Source of the DNA: Heterodontus francisci
Lineage: Eukaryota
DNA: 64,000 bases
Assembly: GCF_036365525.1 (NCBI RefSeq)
Contig: NC_090412.1
Coordinates: 6,800,123-6,864,122, forward strand
Reading direction: 5' to 3'
The first letter of the stretch is position 1, and each line of letters opens with the position of its first letter. Both the position numbers and the translations under genes were made by a program. The notes beneath the pieces were generated by a model. That model saw only the letters and a list, made by a program, of their open reading frames with translations. It had not been told where the DNA came from and did not search any database. This document shows, one piece after another, positions 1 through 12,714 of this stretch.

Positions 1-1601
1 GAACTGTTAGGGTTTACTCTAGTGTACAGCTGCAGCAGAAACAGAAGTTATAGCACATAGATTCCTACTAGTGATCATGCTGACAGGCCTGTCCTCGTTA
101 CCTCTCTTAGAACATTCCCCAGCCTACCATTTTAAAAAGTCATTTTAACAGAAAATACTGTTCACCAATACAAGGTTCATGACCAATGTAGAGAAGCTAT
201 ATCTAAGTTAACAGGATATTGGATTCTCAGCATAAACTGAGGACACCATTTTAAGGTTGCGATTCACACCACATCTGGAGTGCTGCACCCCGTTTTGGTT
301 CCCACATATGGCAGGTGATATAGTGGCCTTTGGAGAAGGTCCGGGAGTGACAAGAATGATCCCTAGCTCGAACTACAGCTATTCAGAAGCTCAAGAACCT
401 TAAATCGATTTACTTTGTACAACAGATTTAGAGGTGACCCGACAGAGGTCTATCCAATAATTAAATGGGGGTTTAAGAGTGCCTGATGATGGATTATGAC
501 TGATTGAAGAGGAACAGGGACATGAATTTAACTTCACAAGGATCGGAATCGACTGAATGTTTGCTGGTGGCTCTTTTCCCCAGAGAAGTGAGACTCTCCA
601 ATGTCTCGTTAGCTGGTGTGGTGAGTGCAAACCATCTGCATTGCCTTCAAGAGGGAGCTAGACCCGTTTCTGACTGGGGCAAAGATCACACCACATAGAA
701 GACAAGTGTCTTGACAGACGACACTTGGTCCATGTGATTTCTTGGACTGGTTTTGATCAGCTGAGGAGTATCCTCCATTACTGGCCCTGGTTTTATTTTG
801 ACATCTTCCAAGAGATTATGTGTGGGTGGGGACGCAATGTTTTGTCATAATGTTCCAGCCATCAATGTGGGGCAGGCTTGATGAACCAGTTAGTCTCTCC
901 CTGGCCCTCAATTTCATACCTTTGTATATTACTGAGAGCAATCTATGCACAACACAAGGCTAGATATCAGTAAAGGCATAAAATGTATCAGGGTACAATA
1001 TTTCCCAAGAATATTTAAGGCAGTGGAAGTTTTTGTTACTGCACATCTAATCACGTACACGAACAGCAGTCCCATAGTATATTTACTTACACTATCAAAT
1101 TTCCCAAGTGTACAAGTCATACTTAAAGAGCAATTTATAAACTGGTGTCCCTCAGAAGCCTACATATGACTGTAGCCAATATTAATGCCAAATAGCGCAT
1201 TTCTTTGCTTTAAAAATGGACAATGCTCTTTAGAATAGTGGGCACAGCCATATCATACAAACATTAATATCACCAACAGTAGTTGCGATATTGAATATTA
1301 AGTGGTGATTTGAGGTTTTTAAGGATTTTGATAGGAACCAACAGGGTAGTCAAAACTTTTCTGGGGAAGACTAGAACAAGGGGGATATAACCTTACAATC
1401 AGAGCCAGGCCATTCAGGAAATAAGTTAGGAAATCCTTCACGCAAGGTGGTGTGGAAATTGGTGTGGAATATTCTTCCCAAAGAGCACTCGATGCTAGCT
1501 CCATTAATCGTTTTAAATCCAAAGCAGAAAGATTTTTGCCAGCCAAGGGTATAAAGGGATGTGACGGCAAGGCAAGTGGATGGAGTTATGATAGAGATCA
1601 A

Positions 1602-2336
1602 TGTTATGAAAATGCTTCTATTTTTTAAAAAGAGGGTTTGTTTTAGAATTATGGACATTGGTTTATTTGGGTAAACTGAAAACACTCCATTCATTTTTTT
1701 TAAAAAAAAGGTTCACTGAGAGGTCTTGTTTGAAAACAAACCTTTACTGGATATCACATGCCTTAACCTCAAACAGAAACCTTGGTGACCTAGGGGAGAT
1801 GTTTACAGAGCAGTGACATGTCACGATTTATCAGGGTCAGGAGTTGGTTTCGCTTCAGAGATATTGTTTTGGTTCAGTTGGGGCCCAGACTGTGTTTGAA
1901 AGCAGTTGGTTTTGTAGTCTGCTGAAAAGAAACACCCAGCTCAACCCTTTCCTCACTTCTCTGAAAAGCCCTGAGAGTTCAGTGTGCGTGAGAGCTAAAA
2001 ACCCCTGGTGCCACATTTCTCCTGAGAAGCCCAAGTATTTTTTTTTTGGTAAACGAGGGGTGCGGAGGTGTGGTAGGTATTTAAAAAAGGGAACTTTCAT
2101 ATTTCAATCTGTGTGTTAATGCTTTGCTTCTTTACTGGATGAGTCTTGTTTTATAATAAACTGATTTTGTTCTCTATTGAAGAAACCTAGTTGGTGCATT
2201 TTATTCTGGGATAAAGAGTAGCGTATACGATTGACCATATCAGTAACTGGGTAAACATTTAAAATATATGTTGTGACCTGTGGAGAAGAAGTGGAACTAG
2301 CAAAGACAGGGGACTCCTCCCACCTCTGTTGTAACA
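1602..2336 (+). mobile_element. Solo LTR of a related family inserted in a CR1 3' end
   Basis: Termini TGTTAT...GTAACA; shares AAGAAACCTAGTT and TGTGACC..TGGAGAAG blocks with 27123-28220; splits the CR1 motif AGATCA|GCCATGATC; TSD unclear. Confidence 0.65.
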
Positions 2337-2518
2337 GCCATGATCGCATTCAATGATAGGATTGAATGGTCACTTCCTGTTCCCATGTTCAAGGCTGTAA
2401 CTAAAAAAGACAACTAAACATGAAAAAAAGGACTGAATTTACAGATACAACTCATAGTTTGTCCTATAATATACTGTCTTTAAATAAGGTGGCATTTTTA
2501 CACTTAACACCACTGTAC

Positions 2519-2677
2519 CTTTGGAATTTCTTCCAGTGCAATCAATAAATCTTTAGCATCCACGCGACCATCCTTGTGGACATTAAGCCTCGTGTAAAGA
2601 TCTTCCCAAAGATTGCGTCTAGCTAATTGCTCATCAGGGATGCCTCGTTGGAAGATCTCTTTCATAAACAGTAACAT
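2519..2677 (-). CDS. First coding exon of an EF-hand protein, probably a Ca2+-binding mitochondrial carrier (SCaMC/SLC25A23-24-25-like); the gene continues left of the window
   Basis: Strong acceptor TTTTTGTATTTCAG at 2689, ATG at 2677 in AAAATG context, phase-0 donor AAG|GTACAG. The peptide LWEDLYTRLNVHKDGRVDAKDLLIAL resembles the first EF-hand of SCaMC carriers ([26 protein letters not shown]). Confidence 0.55.
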
Positions 2678-4547
2678 TTTGAGGGCTCCTGAAATACAAA
2701 AAAGAGAAACTTCCAATGCGCCACAGATTTTAAATAAAGCAGGGAGCAGTCTGCTTCGTTTTACTCACACCCATTAACTAAGACAGGTCACTCGTACCTG
2801 GCGTTGATATGAAATGTATTCTTGTTAAATGAACATGAGTTCAGGGACACCATTGAAGAACTTCCAAATTGAATGGGTATCGAGGCAGTTTGCCTCAAAC
2901 TCTCATGCAGAGTTTCATCCATTCTTGGTCAACTCCCTGGACAATGTTGCACTAACAGCGATGAATGCATTTCAAAGGAGGGGCAACAGAAGTAGATGAT
3001 ATGCATCGGCTTCTGACTGACAGTAATTACGTGAACAGCCAGTGCGTGGAGGTCACCCTGTGTGTCAGCTTGGCAACACCCTCACCTTTGGTTCAGGATG
3101 GAAGTTGAAAGCCCAAGTGAACACTGTGAAGAGACATTCTGGGGCAGCACCATGACCAGAGGCGCAGTCCTTCAGATGGGCTGTTAAACTGAGGTCTAGT
3201 CTGCCAACACAGGTGGGCCATCAAGAGCTACAACAGGAAGGTAACACTGTCAGATTGGTATTTTAGAAGGATGATATAAAATGGGATACAGACACTTCTT
3301 CATTCAAATAACTGCCACTTAATTTCATTGCAGTAAAATTACATGGTCCTAAAAGCACACTTAATTTCACTAACTATAAATGCTGATTAATAAATGGCTG
3401 CACGAGGCTTCTGACCAATGGGCCAGAAAATTCAAATACAAGTGCACACTTGTACTGCCACACTCAAACATATTATGCAAAGTGTTTGTAAAATCCTGAT
3501 ATGCATATACCTTGTTTACTTTTCCCTGCCCAACAGTACAGTGGGTGTACCTACACTCCATGGACTGCAGCAGTTCAAGGCAGCGACTCACCAGAACCTT
3601 CAGGGGCAATTAGGGATGGGAGTAAATGCTAGCCCACATCGCATAAACCAATCAAATAAACTTTCATTACATTGGCAGCCAATGATAACTACAAACTCCG
3701 CCATCTCCTGTTACTATTTCTCCAAGTCCTTTTCTGTAAAGTTGCCATTGACTGAATACTTCCAATTATTAGATAACCTTCAGGTAATGAAGCTATTCAA
3801 CGAGTCTAAAATCCAAGTTTCGCATTGCTGGGGGTGGAGAGAGATTGGCTGGAGCAGGTAGCTTCACATCACTCAAGTTTCAGATTCACTGGAGTTTCAA
3901 CCTGGTTTGGTGTCAACCCAGATTTAGTGAAGCATGCACAGATCCATTGGACTTCCTAGCCACTTTGCAAGTTTACCCAGAATTTATTTACATTACACCT
4001 GCACAACAGGTCTAGAGAAAGAGAGGCAAGTGGGAGCAAGCAGCATGAACAAGGCAGGGCCAGGCTTGTAGCTACCTGGCTCAATGACTGCTGTACAATA
4101 CTGACAAGTTTACAACAGAAAAATGATTTCCAATAAACAATTACATATGCATACACATTCAAGGTTTGCAAAAAAACTGAATGGGAGATAACTGATCCAG
4201 CAACAGCTGCCAAAAAGGTTTTGGCTGCAGACATTTCCTTCAATATTTGCAAGATACTTGGACCCTTTATAGGACTAAAGGAAAACAAGGCAGGCAGAGG
4301 GAGGGTCAAGAGAATGCCGTCTCCTTTCAGGGAGTCAATTAATGGATATCGTGGAAAGTTAATTGTTTTTTTAAAAGAAAAGGTCTGGAAAGCGCAGAAA
4401 GTAAGTAAATGATATGTGAAGATTAATCCTGGTTTTCTTGGGAATTAGATTTATAGATACACACAACAGCAACTCTCCCGCTATATTTCTCAGTGAGTGA
4501 GAGGAAAGTGTGTTGGCTAAAGTGCGACAGTAAACAATTCCGATACT

Positions 4548-4777
4548 TAGAGTTGCCAATCCTCCAGGATTGCCCATTAATCTGCGGCAGCAAACCTGGA
4601 GAAAAATCAGTCATTAAAAAAAAAACATTTCATTTTCTCTAACATTTTAGTGACAAAAGTATTGAAGGCAAAATCGAGAATTAGCCGATTGACAAAAAGT
4701 GCCTGCAGGGTGGAACACTGAGGCAGGGCAAGTGCAGATAGTCATGTGATCACATCTAACCAAAGCTGGCAACCGTA
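4548..4777. mobile_element. Old MITE-like element
   Basis: TIR-like ends TAGAGTTGCCA...TGGCAACCGTA; TSD degenerate. Confidence 0.45.
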
Positions 4778-7700
4778 CGTTACACAAGACTTTATATACA
4801 AGAGATAGAAGTGCATAAGTTAAAGGGGCAAAATGGTTAAATATCCAAGCTCAGCTTCTAGGGCAGTGTTTTCTGTTATCAAAGTTCAAAAGTCAAATAT
4901 TGCATGATGAATTACCGTACGAGAACCTAGGATCCATTCTTGGTAAATAAGTGCTCAATAACATGCTATAGTCTGGATGCCATTACATTTATTCATCACA
5001 GTAAATGTTAAAATCTCACCAACTGAAGAAGTCTTCCATCTTATTGACTGAAAAAGATTTTTCGTTTCTTAGGGATGTCACAATGCTGTAGTGACATCGC
5101 ACTGGAATCAACCACAGGCAGTTGTTAGTGGGGGTGGAGGGGTGGGGAGGAACTCTAAACAGCTCTTTATTTTTAAGATGTCATTGCAGACAATGAGTGG
5201 CATGGTATATTGTTTACTTCATTTTGATACCAGTGAACGGCCAGCTTAGTTCCATGGGGATCACACACGCCAGAATCCCCCTCGCATCAGGAGGTTGTAG
5301 GTTTAATCCCCACTCCAGGACTTGGGTAGAACTCAGGTGGCAGTGCAGTAATGAGAAGGTGCTGCATTGTTGCAAGTGCCATTCTACAGACAAGACATTA
5401 AGCTATGGTTCTGTCTTATGTTTAGGCAGAGGTTAAAGATCCCACAGCTCTTATGTGAAGTGGGGTGGGGACACAGGGACTCCTGTGTCCTGGCCAATAT
5501 TCCTCCCTCCAAAAAAAAAAGACTTAATTGGCCCTTATACTTGGCTATCAGTCACTATGTCAGAATATCTGGGCTCAAACAACCCATGTGCATCACCTCT
5601 AACTGAAGCATCTAACTTGATTATTCTGTTCACCAAGTCTTTGATGAACTTGAAAGAAGACTTATTGAAAGTCTGAGATAAGTCATAAGGTCATCCTCAA
5701 AAGAAGTCAAGGTTCGTTAGACAAGATCTTTGCTTTCTAAAGCAGCTTATATTCACTCGATTATTGTATAAGAATCCTTAAGTTAATGTCCAGTTGATTC
5801 CATTACTTTACAAGATATTGATACAGTTGGGTTCAGACCTTTCATACTAAAAGGCTGTTCCACTCCAAGAAGCCATGAAAAGCTGGAAGAAGTTTTCCTG
5901 GAGTCTTGCCATTAACCTGAACAAAGCTTGAAACAGGTGAAACTAATGCCTGCAGACAGTTCAAAATTTTTGATGTGTGTGGAAACAAATAGTACACTAA
6001 GTGAAATATGAATTTTTAGCTTATGCAGCGTACCGCATTTGCAGGGACACTTCTGAATGCTTTATGATGTACACTATCATATTAGGAGGTACTGCTCATG
6101 GCAATAGACAGAGGCTGGGATCAAGAACTGAAAACTCATTTCAACAGGAGGGTTTTGAAAGCAATAACAGAGGTGGAAAGCCAGAGGCAATTAGAGCATT
6201 CCAGAAGGCAGGAGCTTCATGGCTGAATGAGTGAATGACTGGCAATGCTGGAGCAAGGAGGCGAAAGGTTGAAGAGACATGCAGTGTCACAAGCAGCTGA
6301 CATCAAATGCAGGGACACAAGACTGGAAGAGGTCACTCAGTAAATAGGGCAGGAAGAGACCATGGCAGCGTTTGAGAAGACAGACAAAATTTTTGAAATC
6401 AATACACTGGGCAGTGAGAGCCTGTGTATGTTGGAGTGGGTTCAGCCTTCAGTGGACTAGGCTGGAAACTCTGGAATTCTGTTAACACACCTCTCTAACC
6501 TCCTTTAAGAAACTCCTTAAAACCTACCTCTGACCAAGCTTTTAGTCCCAATATCTTTCATGTGGTTTTGTGTTTGTGAAACGCCTTGGAACATTTTACC
6601 ACATTAAAAGGTGCTATATAAATACAAGGTAGTGTTGTGGTGGCGCAGACGAGGAGAAAGGTTGCAGAATTTTGAATGAATTGAAGTTTATGGAAAGTTG
6701 AGACACACAGACCATGTAGAAAAGTGGAATCAGATCTTAAGTATTGTATTTTCTCATCCTTCAAGACAGGAAGCAGTAATTCGATCCGTTAGTAAAAAAG
6801 GGAGCTAATTGTTAATCCTGGGGTATGTAATCCAAGTACATTTCTCATTCTAAAAAGCATCTGGTACTACTAAAAGATTGTTGAAAATGCCCAGAAGGCA
6901 CATTTTCCAGACTACATAGGACAGATCTGATTTCTATCAGACCTTGATGTACCTGCACTGGAGGTGCTTGGAGACAACTAGACGGCTAGAGTGCAAGGTT
7001 TTCCATTGTCCAACAGTAACATCTCTCCCCTTCAGCCCTTCCCATATCCTCGTCACTAACCTCATTCTCCCCACTCAAGGGCAAGTTCAAGAAACAACCT
7101 GAAATAGATCACAAGAAATGGAAGAGAAGTTAGAAACGAGGTTCACAAAAGCCTCAAGAGGAAAAAAGGGGAGATTGCGGGAATATAAGAAAATTAGATG
7201 CATTTGAAACAGGTCGATCAGAAGGTAGAGGGTAAATGAGTAGCGCAAATGTTTAAATATCCCAAAGAACTTTCCTTAATACCATAATATGGAACTGGCA
7301 AATACTTTATGGGCAGCCATGGTGGATCAAACAGCAGATGGCAAGAGTATTAATTAGCAAACCAGCATTTCTCTTCATTGTGCAAGTCATCTCAAATCTG
7401 TAATGCCATGCAATACCCTCCAACCTATAATATACCCTTTACTGGAAATATGCAAATGTATTCTGTTAAGAAAGTCATTCAGTTAAGGGTTTAGCAGGGA
7501 CTCCATCTGGTGGCCCTGCCAAGAGTTTACAAAGCACAATGTGGAGTAGCTGAGTTCAGCCTGATTTTCAACTCAATTCAAACAAACCAGGGCTTTGAAT
7601 AAAGTCATGCGGTACAAGTTATAAATCTTTGTGCCCCTCACGGGCCGTTACTCCATTTAGCAAAATAAACAAAATTAATGCTTTCACTATAAACTGATAT

Positions 7701-8047
7701 TAGTCTGATCCCTTGTTTTGGTAGAAACTTGGGCTGCTCAACATTGAAAGGAAATGACTTCATAGTGACATACAAGGTGGTAAACTGTATAGAAAAGGCA
7801 AATTTGTAGTGATTAGATTCAGTTTGATATAATGCCAAGACAAAGGGACACTGGGCAAAAAAGGCAAATTGAGGCTGGATATTCAAATTTCTTCTATGCC
7901 GATCAGCATGTGGAATGGACTTGGGTAAGTTAGTGGAGGCAAACACCCTGAAGTCACGCAACAGCGAAAAAATAATTAGTTGGTCCTTTCTTTCTTTCTT
8001 TTGGGCCTCCTTATCTCGAGAGACAATGGATACGCGCCTGGAGGTGG

Positions 8048-11000
8048 TCAGTGGTTTGTGAAGCAGCGCCTGGAGTGGCTATAAAGGCCAATTCTGGAGT
8101 GACAGGCTCTTCCACAGGTGCTGCAGAGAAATTTGTTTGTTGGGGCTGTTACACAGTTGGCTCTCCCCTTGCGCCTCTGTCTTTTTTCCTGCCAACTACT
8201 AAGTCTCTTCGACTCGCCACAATTTAGCCCTGTCTTTATGGCTGCCCGCCAGCTCTGGCGAATGCTGGCAACTGACTCCCACGACTTGTGATCAATGTCA
8301 CACGATTTCATGTCGCGTTTGCAGACGCCTTTATAGCGGAGACATGGACGGTCGGTGGGTCTGATACCAGTGGCGAGCTCGCTGTACAATGTGTCTTTGG
8401 GGATCCTGCCATCTTCCATGCGGCTCACATGGCCAAGCCATCTCAAGCGCCGCTGACTCAGTAGTGTGTATAAGCTGGGGGTGTTGGCCGCTTCAAGGAC
8501 TTCTGTGTTGGAGATATAGTCCTGCCACCTGATGCCAAGTATTCTCCGAAGGCAGCGAAGATGGAATGAATTGAGACGTCGCTCTTGGCTGGCATACGTT
8601 GTCCAGGCCTCGCTGCCGTAGAGCAAGGTACTGAGGACACAGGCCTGATACACTCGGACTTTTGTGTTCCGTGTCAGTGCGCCATTTTCCCCACACTCTC
8701 TTGGCCAGTCTGGACATAGCAGTGGAAGCCTTACCCATGCGCTTGTTGATTTCTGCATCTAGAGACAGGTTACTGGTGATAGTTGAGCCTAGGAAGGTGA
8801 ACTCTTGAACCACTTCCAGAGCGTGGTCGCCAATATTGATGGATGGAGCATTTCTGACGTCCTGCCCCATGATGTTCGTTTTCTTGAGGCTGATGGTTAG
8901 GCCAAATTCATTGCAGGCAGACGCAAACCTGTCGATGAGACTCTGCAGGCACTCTTCAGTGTGAGATGTTAAAGCAGCATCGTCAGCAAAGAGGAGTTCT
9001 CTGATGAGGACTTTCCGTACTTTGGACTTCGCTCTTAGACGGGCAAGGTTGAACAACCTGCCCCCTGATTTTGTGTGGAGGAAAATTCCTTCTTCAGAGG
9101 ATTTGAACGCACGTGAAAGCAGCAGGGAGAAGAAAATCCCAAAAAGTGTGGGTGCGAGAACACAGCCCTGTTTCACACCACTCAGGATAGGAAAGGGCTC
9201 TGATGAGGAGCCACCATGTTGAATTGTGCCTTTCATATTATCATGGAATGAGGTGATGATACTTAGTAGCTTTGGTGGACATCCGATCTTTTCTAGTAGT
9301 CTGAAGAGACCACGTCTGCTGACGAGGTCAAAGGCTTTGGTGAGATCAATGAAAGCAATGTAGAGGGGCATCTGTTGTTCACGGCATTTCTCCTGTATGT
9401 GACGAAGGGAGAACAGCATGTCAATGGTCGATCTCTCTGCACGAAAGCCACACTGTGCCTCAGGGTAGACGCGCTCGGCCAGCTTCTGGAGCCTGTTCAG
9501 AGCGACTCGAGCAAAGACTTTCCCCACTATGCTGAGCAAGGAGATTCCACGGTAGTTGTTGCAGTCACCGCGGTCACCTTTGTTTTTATAGAGGGTGATG
9601 ATGTTGGCATCGCGCATGTCCTGGGGTACTGCTCCCTCGTCCCAGCACAGGCATAGCAGTGCATGTAGTGCTGAGAGTATAGCAGGCTTGGCACTCTTGA
9701 TTATTTCAGGGGTAATGCTGTCCTTCCCAGGGGCTTTTCCGCTGGCTAGGGAATCAATGGCATCACTGAGTTCCGATTTGGTTGGCTGTATGTCCAGCTC
9801 ATCCATGACTGGTAGAGGCTGGGCTGCATTGAGGGCAGTCTCAGTGACAGCATTCTCCCTGGAGTACAGTTCTAGGTAGTGCTCAACCCAGCGGTCCATC
9901 TGTTTGCGTTGGTCAGTGATTACGTCCCCCGATTTAGATTTGAGGGGGGCGATCTTCTTGATGGTTGGCCCAAAAGCTCTCTTCATGCCATCATACATTC
10001 CTCTGATGTTTCCGGTGTCTGAGGCCAGCTGAATATGACTGCATAGGTGTTGCCAGTAGTCGTTTGCGCAACGCCTAGCTGTTCTTTGTGCAGTACTTCT
10101 GGCTGCTTTAAGTGCTGCGGATGTTAAATCGCTGGGGGCTTTCTTGTAGTTCAACAGTGCAATGCACTTAGCGGCTATGACAGGTTCCAGCTCGTCATTA
10201 TGAGATTGAAACCAGTCTGCATTTCTCTTCGCACTTTTGCCGTAGGTGGTCAAAGCTGACTCATAGATCGCGTCTCTGATGTGGGCCCACTTGGTCTCAG
10301 CATCCCCTGTGGGAGTGTTTTGAAGGGCTGTTACAAGTGAATTTAGAAATTTTTGTAACAGCTGTGGGTGAGAAATTCTGCTCGTGTTGATGCGCGGGTG
10401 GCCCTTCTGCTTGGAATGATGCAACTTCTTTGGTCTGAGTCTAACCTTGCTGCACACCAGGGAGTGGTCGGTGTCGCAGTCCGCGCTGTGGAAGCTGCGC
10501 GTGATTTGAACACTGTTTAAGGCGGCTCGCCTTGTGACAATGAGGTCTAGCTGGTGCCAACGACGTGATCTTGGGTGCCTCCATGAAACCTGGTGACAGG
10601 GTTTAGTGTGAAAGAACGAGTTGGTGATGCAGAGGTTATGATAGGTACACAACTCAAGCAGTCTCTGCCCGTTCTCATTCATCCTTCCAACGCCATAGCG
10701 CCCAAGGCAGGAGGGCCATGAGTCATGGTCGGCCCCAACCCTGGCATTAAAGTCCCCCAGCAGGAATAGGTGTTCGGTGTTGGGGATGCTGCTAATGATG
10801 TTATGGAGTTGTTCATAGAACTGGTCTTTAGCTTCAGGTGCGGAACAGAGTGTTGGAGCATAGATGCTGAGTAGGTGTACTGGACCAGAGGTGGTGAGCA
10901 GTCGGATGGACAGTATGCGTTCCGAGCCATTTGAGGGAGGCTCTATCATGCTGAGCAAGGAGTTTCTGATGGCGAAGCCCACTCCATGCTGTCTTGGTTC

Positions 11001-11240
11001 TTCAGGATCCCTGCCCTGCCAGAAGAAGGTGTAGTCTTGCTCTGCTAGAGAGCCACTCGCGGGGAGGCAAGTCTCCTGAAGTGCTGCAATGTCCACATTG
11101 AATCTACTGAGCTCGTTGTTAATGATGGCGGTCTTCCGAGAATCGTTGATTTGTGTAAGGTCTTCCGACAGGCCAGGACACATAGTTCTGATGTTCCAGC
11201 TTGCAAAGCAAAGGGCTGGTACTTTCTTTCCTTTTTTCAT
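8048..11240 (-). pseudogene. RTE endonuclease-reverse transcriptase ORF broken by a single +1 base in a C4 run (about 8689-8692)
   Basis: Copy 1 reads ttttccccac where copy 2 reads ttttcccac; removing one base joins the 915-aa and 236-aa ORFs (KRVWENGALTRNTK). Confidence 0.88.
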
Positions 11241-11799
11241 GTTGTTTGGTGTGGTGTATCAGTCCACCTTTCGGGCAATGACCCTGAGCTCCAAGCACCC
11301 ATTGAAGCAGGCAGACTGTGGCAGGACAGAACCTTATTGTCCGGGGGCTGCCCGGTTTGAGGCGGGCGGTAGCTGTCCAGTGAGGTGCAATGACCTCTCC
11401 CACCGACAAAGGCAACCCGTGGCGCCCAGTTTCTACGCCAATTTATCTGGACTTATAACCCATAACTGCTGCCTTCCGTGTTGTTTTAGTCGCTGTGAGG
11501 CAACTATGGAGTGACCTCTCCATGGCGCATGCCTGGGCAAATTTATGGAGGTTGAGAGTTGCCCAGTCGTCAAATCCCCCCTCTCGGCCTTTCTGGTGGG
11601 GTCCAAAGGAGTGCAGGACACGACGTTTGGCACCAGTATGGCTGCAGGAACTGCCGGAAACATGCCAAAGGTGACACATGACCGCCTACGGGGTTCCGCT
11701 CCGAATTTTCTGTTAGGGTTTACTCCCTTAGCCTTGGTCTCTCCCGAGACGCCCACAAGGCAGTGGGGTTGCTGGGGCCCCTACACAGGTGTTGGATGG

Positions 11800-11995
11800 T
11801 GCCGGTGGGAGGAGGGGATGCAAGGGGGAGGGGTAGAGGGAGGGGGTGCAGGGGAAGGGGGTGCGGGGTGAAGATGGTGCGAGGGGGGGGCGGGCTGGGA
11901 CGGGGTTGTGAGCGGGTGAGCTGAGAGGGTGGAGCAGGGAAGGGGACAGGGGTGGGGGGGGTGGAAGGGGGGTAAAGTGGGGGGGTGGAAGCTGG
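11800..11995 (+). repeat. G-rich low-complexity tract (G-quadruplex-prone) inside the RTE 5' region
   Basis: More than 15 runs of G3-G9. Confidence 0.8.
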
Positions 11996-12391
11996 TGCAG
12001 GTAATAAGCCATTTCCTCAGTGCCCACCCTCGACGTCCGGAAAGCTCATCCACGTCCTTCAGGAGGTGAAGCATCATTTGGCAGACTTAGAGGTGATTAC
12101 ATTTGCTAAGGGTTTTTTTTGCTAAGGGTTTTCCAAGAACGGTCCCCCCGGCCGCAACTTCAAAGCGCCCGCAGGAGATGGCTCGGAGAGCATCTGCAGC
12201 GCACTGTCGGCAATGCTGCATGCCTTTATTTAAACCACTGCAAAAAATAAAAAACCCTTAGCAAATGTAATCACCTCTAAGTCTGCCAAATGATGCTTCA
12301 CCTCCCGAAGAACGTGGATGAGTTGGTCCAATGGGGAGAGAATCTGTAGTTTCTTTCACGAGTTAAAAGGTCTTCCTCATCTGGGTTCATC

Positions 12392-12714
12392 TTATTTATT
12401 TAGAGATACAGCACTGAAACAGGCCCTTTGGCCCACCGAGTCTGCGCCGACCAACAACCACCCATTATACTAATCCTACATTAATCCCATATTCCCTGTC
12501 ACATCCCCTACTATCTACCTACACTAGGGGCAATTTACAATGGCCAATTTACCTATCAACCTGCAAGTCTTTGGCTCTGGGAGGAAACAGGAGCACCCGG
12601 CGGAAACCCACGCAGTCACAGGGAGAACTTGCAAACTCCGCACAAGGCAGTACCCAGAACTGAACCCGGGTCGCTGGAGCTGTGAGGCTGCGGTGCTAAC
12701 CACTGCGCCACCCC
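12392..12714 (-). mobile_element. HE1-like tRNA-derived V-SINE
   Basis: tRNA-like head (GGCGCAGTGGTTAGC...GGGTTCAGTTC), V-domain core, CR1-like 3' tail and (TAAA)n. Confidence 0.85.

Larger units (their letters stand above)
7987..12320 (-). mobile_element. Full-length RTE-clade non-LTR retrotransposon (APE, RT and C-terminal Cys/His finger), one frameshift
   Basis: ORF 11240-8493 has APE motifs (SWNIRT, LQET, GDFNA, DTDHSLV) and RT motifs (QGCVLAPTLF, FADD). The C-terminus lies in frame 8758-8048 with CxxC..H..C. (AAAG)n tail at about 7987-8002; TSD AGTTGGTCC at 7978-7986 and 12321-12329; inserted into a CR1 remnant. Confidence 0.93.

Noticed and set aside
5-19. 15-nt match (TGTTAGGGTTTACTC) to the RTE 5' UTR at 11711-11725
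   Set aside because: The similarity does not extend on either side; treated as chance or unresolvable at the window edge.
11119-12077. Several ~100-aa ORFs upstream of the RTE ORF (possible ORF1; Pro-rich ORFs)
   Set aside because: Overlapping, low-complexity or without recognisable domains; cannot be supported as coding.
12660-12714. tRNA-like A/B boxes (also present in the other SINE heads)
   Set aside because: These are SINE heads; there is no complete cloverleaf, so they are not tRNA genes.
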